A stretch of 26,704 bases of DNA from a virus. Taxonomy: Duplodnaviria > Caudoviricetes. The notes under the pieces were generated by a model. The model ran no database searches and was not told the origin of the DNA. It was given only the letters and a program-made list of their open reading frames with translations. The DNA lies in the IMG/VR virus record IMGVR_UViG_3300025840_000207, positions 1 to 26,704 of that record. The stretch is one strand, 5' to 3'. This document shows, piece by piece, positions 6,601-15,301 of this stretch (positions within the stretch are counted from its first letter, which is position 1; each line of letters starts with the position of its first letter). A program made the position numbers and the translations under genes.

Positions 6601-7035
6601 ATGACAACAGCAGATAAACAACAGCAAGAGAAGTATAAAGGCTCTATCGTCCCAATGGATGAGATAGAGAAACATGCACCAGTAGCTCAAGCAGGGAATG
6701 ATAAACTGACTGAGCCGCAAGCTGAATTAGTACACATGATATTGCATAACGGTTGCAACCCAAGTGAAGCAGCTAAAGCATTGGGTAGAAACAAAGCATG
6801 GGCTTACACAACCCTGAAAAAACAACATGTTATAGAGTATAGACAACAGTTGGCTATGATGACTTTGGGATGGGACGCAACACAGGCAATGGCAACGATG
6901 AGAGAACTGCTGAATAGCAAGTCACAGTATGTAAGACTTGAAGCCGCTAGAGACTTGATGGACAGAGCAGGATTAAGACAGGATGCTGTTAGAACGCCTA
7001 GTACTGCGGTGCAGATAAACTTTAACGTGGACTAG
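6601..7035 (+). CDS. terS: Terminase small subunit
   Basis: LTEPQAELV, HTH NPSEAAKALG, ELLNSKSQYVRLEAARDLMDRAG, beta-strand tail VQINFNVD; upstream of TerL. ATG 6601 preferred because ATG 6556 lies inside the promoter. Confidence 0.75.
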   Translation: MTTADKQQQEKYKGSIVPMDEIEKHAPVAQAGNDKLTEPQAELVHMILHNGCNPSEAAKALGRNKAWAYTTLKKQHVIEYRQQLAMMTLGWDATQAMATMRELLNSKSQYVRLEAARDLMDRAGLRQDAVRTPSTAVQINFNVD

Positions 7036-7179
7036 GATAGGGGTCCCAATGCTAATTTGGCTTATATAGAGACCCGCCTTGAAAAACTAGCACTGAACCC
7101 ATAGAAGGTGAATTGCACACGAAATGGACTTCATTAAGTCTGTACTGACAAAAATATTTTTTTAAAGGAGAAGGCGATT

Positions 7180-7590
7180 ATGGGAAGTGAGTCAGGGGGC
7201 GGTTCGACTTACGATGACGCACCGATGCAATATGCACAACAGAAGAAGAAGCGTGAACTAGAAGAACGCCGTGTTCAGATGGCTGAAATGGAAGACCAGA
7301 AAGGTTACTATGCTCGGAGTAAATCAGGTAATATTATCAGGTCATCTAGTGGTTCGGCAGTAACATCGACTGCTGGAAGGCAAGCAGTAGAGAATGTTAG
7401 AGCATTTGCTGAGGGTAGGGCGGCCATGGATATGTCTGGTGAGCAACCTGTAGAAAGAACGGAAGAGGTTACTACCGAAGAAAAACCTCAAGAAACATCT
7501 AAGCCAAAGACAGTTTCCAAACCATCTGTAGCAAGCAGAAGAGCTTTGCTTGGTGCTACAAAGGGTGCGAAGCAAAGACTGTTCTATTGA
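7180..7590 (+). CDS. Hypothetical low-complexity protein (possible virion protein)
   Basis: AAGGAG RBS; charged and probably disordered; RRALLG near the C-terminus. Confidence 0.75.
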   Translation: MGSESGGGSTYDDAPMQYAQQKKKRELEERRVQMAEMEDQKGYYARSKSGNIIRSSSGSAVTSTAGRQAVENVRAFAEGRAAMDMSGEQPVERTEEVTTEEKPQETSKPKTVSKPSVASRRALLGATKGAKQRLFY

Positions 7591-7591
7591 T

Positions 7592-9133
7592 ATGAATCTG
7601 GATTACAAACCTCCTGGGTCTATAGCCAAGGCATTTATGAAGGATAATTCCTTTGTAAGAGGTATTAGAGGTCCTGTTGGCTCTGGTAAATCCGTGACTT
7701 GTTGCATGGAGATAATGCGGAAGGCTGTCAATCAAGCCCCTAATTCTGCTGGGGTACGCAGAACAAGATGGGCAGTCATTCGTAATACCAATCCCCAATT
7801 GAAAACCACGACTATTAAGACGTGGCGGGATTGGTTCGGTGACGAAGTTGGCAAGTTTGTGTGGAGTCCTCCCTACACTCATCTTGTCAACTTCTCACTT
7901 GGAGATAAGACCACTGTTGAGCTGGAAGTCATCTTTTTAGCATTGGACAAGCAAGAGGACGTAAAAAAGCTGTTGTCCTTGGAATTGACAGGCGTTTGGC
8001 TCAATGAAGCTAGAGAGCTTCCAAAATCTATCGTTGATGCGTGTACTATGCGTGTTGGTCGTTTCCCTTCTATGCGTGATGGCGGTCCGAGTTGGTTTGG
8101 CGTTATTATGGACACAAATGCTCCTGATGAGACGCATTGGTGGGGTATTATGGCTGGTGAAGTGCCAGCCCCTGAATATATGGCGGCAGATGAGAAGTTA
8201 TTGCTGGTAAAGCCGGATGATTGGACATTTTTCACTCAAGCCGGTGCTATGAAGGAAAAAAGGGACGAATCAGGCAATCTGACGGGGTATGAGAAGAATA
8301 GCAAGGCTGAAAACCTTAGTAACATACAGCCAGACTATTATGACAAGATTATTTTGGGCAAAACCCCACAATGGGTAAAAGTATATGTATTGAACGAATA
8401 CCAAGCCCTAATGGACGGCAAACCAGTGTATCAGACCTTTAGAAAAGAAACGCATGTCGCCAAGTCCCCTATTGAGCCTATTGATGGTGTAGAGATAATA
8501 GTTGGTATCGATTTTGGCAGAACACCCAGCGCAGTGTTTACTCAGCAAGGTTTTGGTGGAAGGTGGACGGTATTCCATGAGGTTATTGGTCAAGATATGG
8601 GGGCTGGACGATTTGCCGAAGTCCTTAAAAGGGAAATCGCTAAGAACGATTGGGAAAAGCATAGTTTTAAATTTGTGGGTGACCCTGCTGGTAATCAGAT
8701 GGCGCAGACTTCTGAGCAAACACCGTTTATGATACTGAGAGCTGCTGGAATAAATGCACATCCAGCACCAAGTAATGATGCGGTTATGAGGGTAGAAGCC
8801 GTGGAAGGTGTGCTTAATCGTATGTCTGATGGTTATCCTTGCATGCAAATTAGCCCTAATTGCACTGTTTTAATTGCTGGCTTTGAAGGGGGCTATCAAT
8901 ACAAGCGCACATATAATATGGGCAATGAGAGATACGAAGAAAGACCTTCTAAGAACAGATTCTCGCATATACATGACGCTTTGCAATATGCATTCTTAGG
9001 GGGCGGTGAAGGCCGTAGGGTGATATTCGGTGGGAACAAACCCTCATCCCATACCACTGTCGAAAGGTCAGGAAACCCATTTTCGAGACTGAAAGCAAGA
9101 AACCGACTATCCAGAAGGGTCGCAGGGCTGTGA
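7592..9133 (+). CDS. terL: Terminase large subunit
   Basis: Walker A GPVGSGKS, VIRNT, Walker B VWLNEA, coupling motif MDTN, nuclease VGIDFG...GDPAG...SHIHDALQY; ATG 7592. Confidence 0.95.
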   Translation: MNLDYKPPGSIAKAFMKDNSFVRGIRGPVGSGKSVTCCMEIMRKAVNQAPNSAGVRRTRWAVIRNTNPQLKTTTIKTWRDWFGDEVGKFVWSPPYTHLVNFSLGDKTTVELEVIFLALDKQEDVKKLLSLELTGVWLNEARELPKSIVDACTMRVGRFPSMRDGGPSWFGVIMDTNAPDETHWWGIMAGEVPAPEYMAADEKLLLVKPDDWTFFTQAGAMKEKRDESGNLTGYEKNSKAENLSNIQPDYYDKIILGKTPQWVKVYVLNEYQALMDGKPVYQTFRKETHVAKSPIEPIDGVEIIVGIDFGRTPSAVFTQQGFGGRWTVFHEVIGQDMGAGRFAEVLKREIAKNDWEKHSFKFVGDPAGNQMAQTSEQTPFMILRAAGINAHPAPSNDAVMRVEAVEGVLNRMSDGYPCMQISPNCTVLIAGFEGGYQYKRTYNMGNERYEERPSKNRFSHIHDALQYAFLGGGEGRRVIFGGNKPSSHTTVERSGNPFSRLKARNRLSRRVAGL

Positions 9134-9534
9134 AATGGATAATATGCTTTTGCGAAAGCAAGAATATAGGGATGTGGAAACACTTTACCAAGCACAGGGA
9201 AGGTTTTAGCCACGTTTTTGCCATTAAATATGACCCTCAATATGAAATATGGACTAAATATGAGTTTAGCACCCAAGGTTTTAGGTTTGAGAACTATACA
9301 GACGGGGAAGCAGACCTTTTGTGGGCTAATATGATAAACTATTGGACTTGTTTAGAAGTAGAAGTAAAAAACAAGCCAATTTATATGCCAAGGCTTATGT
9401 ATTGTGTTTCTTTTATTAAACACATCGTTGGCTTAAACAAGTTTTGGGTTTTAACACCCTATCAACTCTATTGTGAATTGCTTAATAATGGAGCTGTACT
9501 CATGTTTGATGAAAAAGGAGACACAGATGGGTAG
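9130..9534 (+). CDS. Putative permuted papain-like (NlpC/P60-type) protein
   Basis: GTGA overlap with the terL stop; FSHV (H28) precedes YCV (C92), followed by LTPYQLY. Confidence 0.55.
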   Translation: MKWIICFCESKNIGMWKHFTKHREGFSHVFAIKYDPQYEIWTKYEFSTQGFRFENYTDGEADLLWANMINYWTCLEVEVKNKPIYMPRLMYCVSFIKHIVGLNKFWVLTPYQLYCELLNNGAVLMFDEKGDTDG

Positions 9535-9784
9535 CATATTTAGCAAACCTAAAATGCCCGGAAAAAGCGAAGAGCAACTTGCCGCTGAGAAAGCTGAAAA
9601 AGAGCGTTTAGATAGAGAAGAAGCTGAATCTAAAGCTAGAGCTGAAAGGCAAGATAGGGTAAGAAGACAAAATTTAGCTGGTCAACGTTCACTTCAGGAA
9701 GAGAGCATGACTGGCTTTACAGGTTTTAGAAGAAAGCAAATGGGCGGTACGCCACCACAATCAAGCGGTTCTATTAGGAACTAA
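9527..9784 (+). CDS. Small pre-portal virion protein (T7 gp6.7/7.3-like position)
   Basis: AAGGAG RBS; MGSIFSKPKMP N-terminus then a charged helix; directly before the portal gene. Confidence 0.7.
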   Translation: MGSIFSKPKMPGKSEEQLAAEKAEKERLDREEAESKARAERQDRVRRQNLAGQRSLQEESMTGFTGFRRKQMGGTPPQSSGSIRN

Positions 9785-9793
9785 GGAGCTAAT

Positions 9794-11374
9794 ATGTACG
9801 GTGCAGGACAAGGTGACGGCAATCCAACCGTTTCTGGTGGTGACGCAAAGCAAGAGCTAAAACGTGTCATGGACAGATACAAAAAGGCCAAGGGTCGGTG
9901 GAACTCTTGGACAGATTTGTGGGAGGAAATCTATGATTACGTTATTCCTCATCGTGAGAGCTTCTTTCAGGAAAGTAGTGCAAATCGTAGAACAGAAAAT
10001 ATCTATGACGAAACTGCTGTTGTTGGTCTTCCTAAGTTTGCTAGTCGCCTACAACTTGGTTTTTTTCCTCCTAATGGTCGTGCATTTAGACTCGCCCCCG
10101 GTCCTGAGTTTCCAGACGAACTAAGAAGCAAGTCGTTAGATGAAGAGTTGGATAGGATTACAGACCTTATTCACGAAGGTTTGCGTAATTCTAACTTCAA
10201 TGCAGAGATGCATGAAGGTCTTCAGGATTTAGGTATTGGAACTATGAACCTTCTTGTTGAAGAGGGTCGTTTCCAAGGCGATTTGCATTTTTCATCTGTA
10301 CCCCCAACTAATTTGGCTTTGCTACCCGGTCGAATGGATGGTGTGTCCGATTGGTTCAGATGGAACAACAATATGGATATCACCGAAGTAAAGCATCGAT
10401 ATCCTAAAGCTAAATACTCTGAAAAGATGCTGTCTGAGCAAAAGCGCAATCCTACTCGTAAGACTAAGATTGTCGAAGCTACTATCTATGATGAAACAAA
10501 CAGATTTAAAGACGAATACACATACTATTTGATATCTGAGACAGATAACGAAATCTTGATAAAGGATACATTCAAGGGTCGCGGTTCTATTCCTTGGATT
10601 ACTACACGCTGGTCTAAGTCTGGTTTTGAAGTATGGGGAAGAGGTCCTGTTCTTCAAGCTATGCCAGCAATCAAAACACTAAACTTAACAGTACAGTTGA
10701 TTTTAGAAAATGCTGAAATGGCTATTGCTGGTAGTTATATATATGATGACGATGGTGTATTTAATCCTGACAACATCACGATACAACCCGGAACTTTTAT
10801 TCCTAGAAGTCCTGGGTCAACAATATCACCATTACAGAGTGCTGGTAGATTTGACGTAGCACAGCTTGTTTTGGACGATATGCGTAGAAATGTACGCAAA
10901 GCGTTGTTTATTGATGAGCTAGACACCAGACCTAATGCAAGAACACCACTTTCTGCGACAGAAGTATCCGAGAGACTAGCTGATGTAGCTAGAGATATGG
11001 GTGCTGTAGCTGGTCGTATGCAGAAAGAGTTTTTACAGCCGCTAGTAGAACGTGTTGTCTATATCTACAAGAAGCAGGGGCTGTTAGACATACCGAAGGT
11101 AGATGGCAGGGAATTGCGTATCGTTCCGGTCTCACCCCTCCTCAGAGCGCAAGACCAGCAAGACGTGTCTGATTTTGTACGCTTCCAACAGACAGTCGCT
11201 TCTACCTTCGGACCTGAAATAACTCCAATGCTGTACAATCAAGAATCTGTGATTAAGTATCTAGCCGCTAAGTTCGGTATTCAAGAGGAGCTTTTAGCTG
11301 AAGCAAGCCAAGTACAAGAGAATGTACAAACAATGCAACAGCTAATGCAAGCTCAACAAGGAATACCGCAATGA
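9794..11374 (+). CDS. Portal (head-tail connector), T7 gp8 family
   Basis: 526 aa; WEEIYDY, IYDETA, RWSKSGFEVWGRGP, SATEV, EFLQPLVER, SPLLRAQ, Q-rich tail. Confidence 0.95.
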   Translation: MYGAGQGDGNPTVSGGDAKQELKRVMDRYKKAKGRWNSWTDLWEEIYDYVIPHRESFFQESSANRRTENIYDETAVVGLPKFASRLQLGFFPPNGRAFRLAPGPEFPDELRSKSLDEELDRITDLIHEGLRNSNFNAEMHEGLQDLGIGTMNLLVEEGRFQGDLHFSSVPPTNLALLPGRMDGVSDWFRWNNNMDITEVKHRYPKAKYSEKMLSEQKRNPTRKTKIVEATIYDETNRFKDEYTYYLISETDNEILIKDTFKGRGSIPWITTRWSKSGFEVWGRGPVLQAMPAIKTLNLTVQLILENAEMAIAGSYIYDDDGVFNPDNITIQPGTFIPRSPGSTISPLQSAGRFDVAQLVLDDMRRNVRKALFIDELDTRPNARTPLSATEVSERLADVARDMGAVAGRMQKEFLQPLVERVVYIYKKQGLLDIPKVDGRELRIVPVSPLLRAQDQQDVSDFVRFQQTVASTFGPEITPMLYNQESVIKYLAAKFGIQEELLAEASQVQENVQTMQQLMQAQQGIPQ

Positions 11375-11631
11375 AGGAGAAAATAAATGTTTCAGTCGAT
11401 GGTCGTGGATACAGCAAAGAAGTTGACAAAGACCTTAATAGTAAAGCCTATGGTCTGTTCGGCTCAGGTGTCGGAAAGGATTTTCTACATTACTTGGAGT
11501 CGCTCACAACGAATAACATATATCCTGCAGGGACTGGAATCGAAACTCTAGCCCATGCAGAGGGTGCTAGATGGATTGTTGCTATTATGAAAGCTAGATG
11601 CGAACACGGAAGGAAACAATCTGATGGCTAA
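11371..11631 (+). CDS. Conserved post-portal hypothetical protein
   Basis: ATGA overlap; LFGSGVGKDFLHYL...AHAEGARWIV pattern typical of the gene following podovirus portals. Confidence 0.75.
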   Translation: MKEKINVSVDGRGYSKEVDKDLNSKAYGLFGSGVGKDFLHYLESLTTNNIYPAGTGIETLAHAEGARWIVAIMKARCEHGRKQSDG

Positions 11632-11761
11632 ACCAGCAAACCCAGCGTTATACGCAAGAGCAAAAGCTATTGTTAAAGCAAGGGTCAAGAAATGGCCTTC
11701 TGCTTATGCTTCGGGTCAACTGGTACAGCAGTATAAGAAAATGGGGGGCAAATACAAATGA
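11624..11761 (+). CDS. Basic miniprotein, 45 aa, PSAYA...YKxxGGKY (not in ORF track)
   Basis: MAKPANPALYARAKAIVKARVKKWPSAYASGQLVQQYKKMGGKYK*; AAGGA upstream; overlaps both neighbours. Confidence 0.8.
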   Translation: MAKPANPALYARAKAIVKARVKKWPSAYASGQLVQQYKKMGGKYK

Positions 11762-11988
11762 GCCTCACCAAATGGTTTGATGAGAAATGGGTAGATATAT
11801 CAACGACCAAAGGCGGAAAACATCCTCCTTGTGGGCGTAAAATGGGTGATGGAAGAAAGTATCCAAAATGTGTTCCGCAGTCTAAAGCAAGTTCTATGAC
11901 TAAAGCACAAAAAACTGCGGCAGTAAGACGTAAACGTGCCACTAACCCTAGCGGTGGTGGTAAGAAACCTACTTATGCGAGGACGTAA
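11758..11988 (+). CDS. Basic miniprotein, DUF5872-like
   Basis: LTKWFDEKW...CGR...YPKCVP motif; ATGA overlap. Confidence 0.75.
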   Translation: MSLTKWFDEKWVDISTTKGGKHPPCGRKMGDGRKYPKCVPQSKASSMTKAQKTAAVRRKRATNPSGGGKKPTYART

Positions 11989-12251
11989 TGGCTAAATCAC
12001 CAGCTTGGCAACGTAAAGAGGGCAAAAACCCTGAGGGCGGTCTAAACGCCAAAGGTAGAGCTTCGTATAAAGGCGGTAAGTTAAAACGTCCTGTATCTGC
12101 AAAGGAAGCTAAACGCTCTCCAAAAGCAGCCGCTAGACGCAAGAGTTTTTGTAAGCGAATGATGGGTATGAAAAAGAAGCTTACATCCAAAAAGACGGCT
12201 AATGACCCTAACAGTCGTATCAACAAAGCACTAAGGAAGTGGGATTGTTAA
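11988..12251 (+). CDS. Basic miniprotein, DUF6321-like
   Basis: AWQRKEGKNPEGGLNAKGRASY...RRKSFCKRM...SRINKALRKWDC. Confidence 0.8.
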   Translation: MAKSPAWQRKEGKNPEGGLNAKGRASYKGGKLKRPVSAKEAKRSPKAAARRKSFCKRMMGMKKKLTSKKTANDPNSRINKALRKWDC

Positions 12252-13001
12252 ATGAGTGAAGAAGCAGAAGCACAAGTAGAAACCAACGAGGTTCAGACTG
12301 GAGAGTCGGAGCAACCTCAGGAAACTACTCAAGAAAGACCTGATTGGCTTCCAGAGAAGTTTGACAGGCCAGAAGAGCTTGCGAATAGCTATAGCGAACT
12401 GGAAAGAGCGTTTTACACACGCAAAGAAGAATTAAGAAATCAAATCGTAGAAGAGCTAAACAAGGAAGCTTCAAGCAATGCACCTATCAGCCCTGCTGAC
12501 TATGAATTGCAGTTTGAAGCACCAGAAGGCATTGAGTACAGCGTAGCTGATGATGACCCGATGGTAGATTGGTTTAGAACTACTGCACATAACTACGGTT
12601 TATCTCAGGATGAATTTAATGGCTTGATGAATGAATATATTCAAATCGATGCCATGAGAGGTCCTGATTGGAATCAAGAATCAGAAGCACTTGGCGAATA
12701 TGCTGAAAAGCGTTTAGAGCGTGTAGATGGGTGGGCGCATAATAATCTAAGCCCAGAAGCTTATAACGTATTTGCCAATGTCCCAGCATCTGCTGGTATG
12801 GTTCAATTGTTTGAAGAATTGATGGAACTGAACGGTCAGCCTCAGTTTAACATGACTTCAAACACAGAGTTTCAAGAGCGTATTAGTCGTGAGGACTTAA
12901 TGTCCATGCAAAACGACCCACGCTATTGGAAAGAGAAAGACCCAGCTTTTATCTCAAAAGTAAGAGCAGGGTTTGCTCAACTAGCAAGACAAAATGGATA
13001 A
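12252..13001 (+). CDS. Capsid scaffolding protein
   Basis: Acidic; RPDWLPEKF...LANSYSELE; C-terminal DPRYW; between portal and capsid genes. Confidence 0.85.
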   Translation: MSEEAEAQVETNEVQTGESEQPQETTQERPDWLPEKFDRPEELANSYSELERAFYTRKEELRNQIVEELNKEASSNAPISPADYELQFEAPEGIEYSVADDDPMVDWFRTTAHNYGLSQDEFNGLMNEYIQIDAMRGPDWNQESEALGEYAEKRLERVDGWAHNNLSPEAYNVFANVPASAGMVQLFEELMELNGQPQFNMTSNTEFQERISREDLMSMQNDPRYWKEKDPAFISKVRAGFAQLARQNG

Positions 13002-13142
13002 TGTGAATTTTCTTATTTTGGCTTATATGAAACTGTGATTGTACTAGAAGGCCTTGACGCAAGGGATAATCGGAAACGACCCCAAGTAGATAGATAACCA
13101 GAAAGAACAAAACTTAACTGTAACTTGTAAAAGGAGGGTGTT

Positions 13143-13961
13143 ATGGCAACACCAACAATTGATGTCTCCTTTATCGAGGAGTTTGAATCTGGCGTCCACA
13201 TGGCGTACCAGCGTCAAGGCTCTAAGTTGCGTGGTACTATTCGTACAGCTAACGGTGTAAAGAATAAGACCACCTTCCAAAAAATCGGTAAAGGTTTCGC
13301 TACAACCAAGGCTCGCCATGGTAACGTAGCACCAATGAATCTCGACCACACAAACGTCTCAGTAACCCTTGAGGATTACTTTGCTGGTGAGTGGGTGGAT
13401 GATTTAGACCAACTGCGTATTAACCACGATGAAATGCTTGTCGCACAGCAGTCAGGTGCTTATGCACTAGGCCGTAAGACAGACGAGCTGATTCTGGACG
13501 CAATGGACACAACTACCAATAACCTGAACGAAACAACTAACGGTATTACACTGGCATGGGCATTTAGCCTGATGGAAGCATTCGGTAACAACGATGTTCC
13601 TGATGATGGTCAGCGTTACTGTGTTGTTGGTTGGGAAAACTGGTCACAGTTAATGGACATTGATGAGTTCTCTCGTGCTGAGTACATCGGTACAGAAAAC
13701 TTGCCATTTGCTAATTCAATCACTGCAAAGCAGTGGCTGGGCTTCACATGGTTTCCGTTCTCAGGTCTGACTGACTTGGGCGCAGACCGCAAGTGTTTTG
13801 CTTGGCACTCTTCAGCAGTGGGTCATGCAATTGGCTCAGATGTTTCATCAAACATGCAGTATCACAACGATAAGGATGCATACTTTGTTCTGAATAAGAT
13901 GCAAATGAATGCTACTCTCATCGATGCAGATGCATGTTATGAACTGCAACTGAAGAAATAA
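13143..13961 (+). CDS. Major capsid protein
   Basis: AYQRQGSKLR, ALGRKTDELI, DVPDDGQRY, WLGFTW; strong AGGAGG RBS; follows the scaffold gene. Confidence 0.9.
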   Translation: MATPTIDVSFIEEFESGVHMAYQRQGSKLRGTIRTANGVKNKTTFQKIGKGFATTKARHGNVAPMNLDHTNVSVTLEDYFAGEWVDDLDQLRINHDEMLVAQQSGAYALGRKTDELILDAMDTTTNNLNETTNGITLAWAFSLMEAFGNNDVPDDGQRYCVVGWENWSQLMDIDEFSRAEYIGTENLPFANSITAKQWLGFTWFPFSGLTDLGADRKCFAWHSSAVGHAIGSDVSSNMQYHNDKDAYFVLNKMQMNATLIDADACYELQLKK

Positions 13962-13973
13962 GGAGAGGTTATA

Positions 13974-14234
13974 ATGGCACTCGTAAATGCAGACTTCACC
14001 TTAGTCAACTACTCAGGCAACGGCTTTCATATTTGGCACTACAAATCTACTGCCGATGCTCTGAACACTATTGATGCGGCTGGTTACTTCAATAACAAGT
14101 CCAGCGAAATCAATGTTGGCGATGTAATCTTTATCAATGCCTCAAACGGCTTTGGTATTGCTACTGTTGTTTCAAACTCTGGCGGTGTAGTCGATACAGG
14201 CGACATCGTTAGCATGACAACAGATAGTCGCTAA
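13974..14234 (+). CDS. Putative capsid decoration/minor head protein
   Basis: 86 aa, beta-rich (WHYKSTAD...AGYFN...VGDVIFI); AGGAG RBS; follows the capsid gene. Confidence 0.7.
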   Translation: MALVNADFTLVNYSGNGFHIWHYKSTADALNTIDAAGYFNNKSSEINVGDVIFINASNGFGIATVVSNSGGVVDTGDIVSMTTDSR

Positions 14235-14362
14235 TGGCTAAAGCACCAACAAAGAAGGCGGCAGAGAAATCTGCCCCTTCACCTTCCCCAAAAGAGAAAA
14301 CTGTCCGTGGTGGCAAAGTAACTTTCGGTAAAGGCGTAACTTTAGGAAAGAATGTAAAATGA
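14234..14362 (+). CDS. Basic miniprotein, 42 aa (not in ORF track)
   Basis: MAKAPTKKAAEKSAPSPSPKEKTVRGGKVTFGKGVTLGKNVK*; TAATG and ATGA couplings at its two ends. Confidence 0.6.
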   Translation: MAKAPTKKAAEKSAPSPSPKEKTVRGGKVTFGKGVTLGKNVK

Positions 14363-14472
14363 CCCCATGTAAATCATGTCCATACCCAGGAAAGTGCAGA
14401 GCCGCAGGCAAGTGCTTAAATCCTCCAAAGGGTTCTAAAACTATGGGTAAAAAAGATGCTAAGAAATACTAA
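14359..14472 (+). CDS. Four-cysteine basic miniprotein, 37 aa (not in ORF track)
   Basis: MTPCKSCPYPGKCRAAGKCLNPPKGSKTMGKKDAKKY*; ATGA overlap; AGGA upstream. Confidence 0.6.
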   Translation: MTPCKSCPYPGKCRAAGKCLNPPKGSKTMGKKDAKKY

Positions 14473-14680
14473 AAAACCTAATAAAAAAACTATGGGTTAT
14501 AAAAGAATTAGTAGCACCGAAAATGACGGTAGTGGTTATCATTCTGGCCTTACTGACAATCCCGGTGCATCTACATATCCAATGCAAGATAACCCTTCCT
14601 TTACAATAGAAGAACAAAAGATAATTGACGCAAGAAAAGCAAAGCTTTTAAAGTCTTTTAAAGGCGGAAGGACACGCTAA
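14456..14680 (+). CDS. Hypothetical basic protein
   Basis: Fills the gap before the tail adaptor gene; start uncertain. Confidence 0.5.
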   Translation: MLRNTKKPNKKTMGYKRISSTENDGSGYHSGLTDNPGASTYPMQDNPSFTIEEQKIIDARKAKLLKSFKGGRTR

Positions 14681-14683
14681 GTA

Positions 14684-15298
14684 ATGCCCACTACTCCATC
14701 CACCGATATTGAAGTTGCACAGAAGGCTATGGTCTTAATAGGACTAGAGCCTTTGACTTCATTTACAGATGCTACAGATGAAGCATTGGTTGCTAACACA
14801 ATATACGAGGATGTAGTTACTGACTGTCTTGCCCAGCATAACTGGAACTTTGCAACAGGTCAGAAACAATTGGCTAGACTTACTGCCGCACCATTAGATA
14901 GATGGAGTGCGGCTTATAACTTACCCACAAGCCCAGCAGTTGTTCAGGTACTTACAGTCACTATTGACGATGTACCTCAACCATACGACATTTATGAGCG
15001 TTATGTGTATATCAACGCTGAAGTAGCTGATGATGTTGTACTTAATTATATCTTTAGGCCTGATACTCAGTATTGGCCTCCTGCATTTACTATGTGGGTT
15101 ATCTTTAGACTTGCCTCTGTTTTGGCTTTGTCTGTAACTAGAAAAGGCGATATAGCTAATTCTTATACAAGACTTGCAGAAGAACAGTTTAGAAAAGCTA
15201 AAGCTAGAGACTCACAGCAAGTAACGACACAAGGCATTCGCTTGAACCGTTACAGCCGAGCAAGAGTCGGTGCATACCAGCAAATAGAAGGCACATAA
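14684..15298 (+). CDS. Tail tubular protein A / adaptor (T7 gp11-like)
   Basis: 204 aa; EVAQKAMVLIG...HNWNFA...YNLP; position after the head genes. Confidence 0.85.
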   Translation: MPTTPSTDIEVAQKAMVLIGLEPLTSFTDATDEALVANTIYEDVVTDCLAQHNWNFATGQKQLARLTAAPLDRWSAAYNLPTSPAVVQVLTVTIDDVPQPYDIYERYVYINAEVADDVVLNYIFRPDTQYWPPAFTMWVIFRLASVLALSVTRKGDIANSYTRLAEEQFRKAKARDSQQVTTQGIRLNRYSRARVGAYQQIEGT

Positions 15299-15301
15299 TG
15301 A

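Noticed and set aside
13940-13975. T7 10A/10B-style capsid frameshift
   Set aside because: No slippery heptamer near the capsid stop; the next gene has its own RBS
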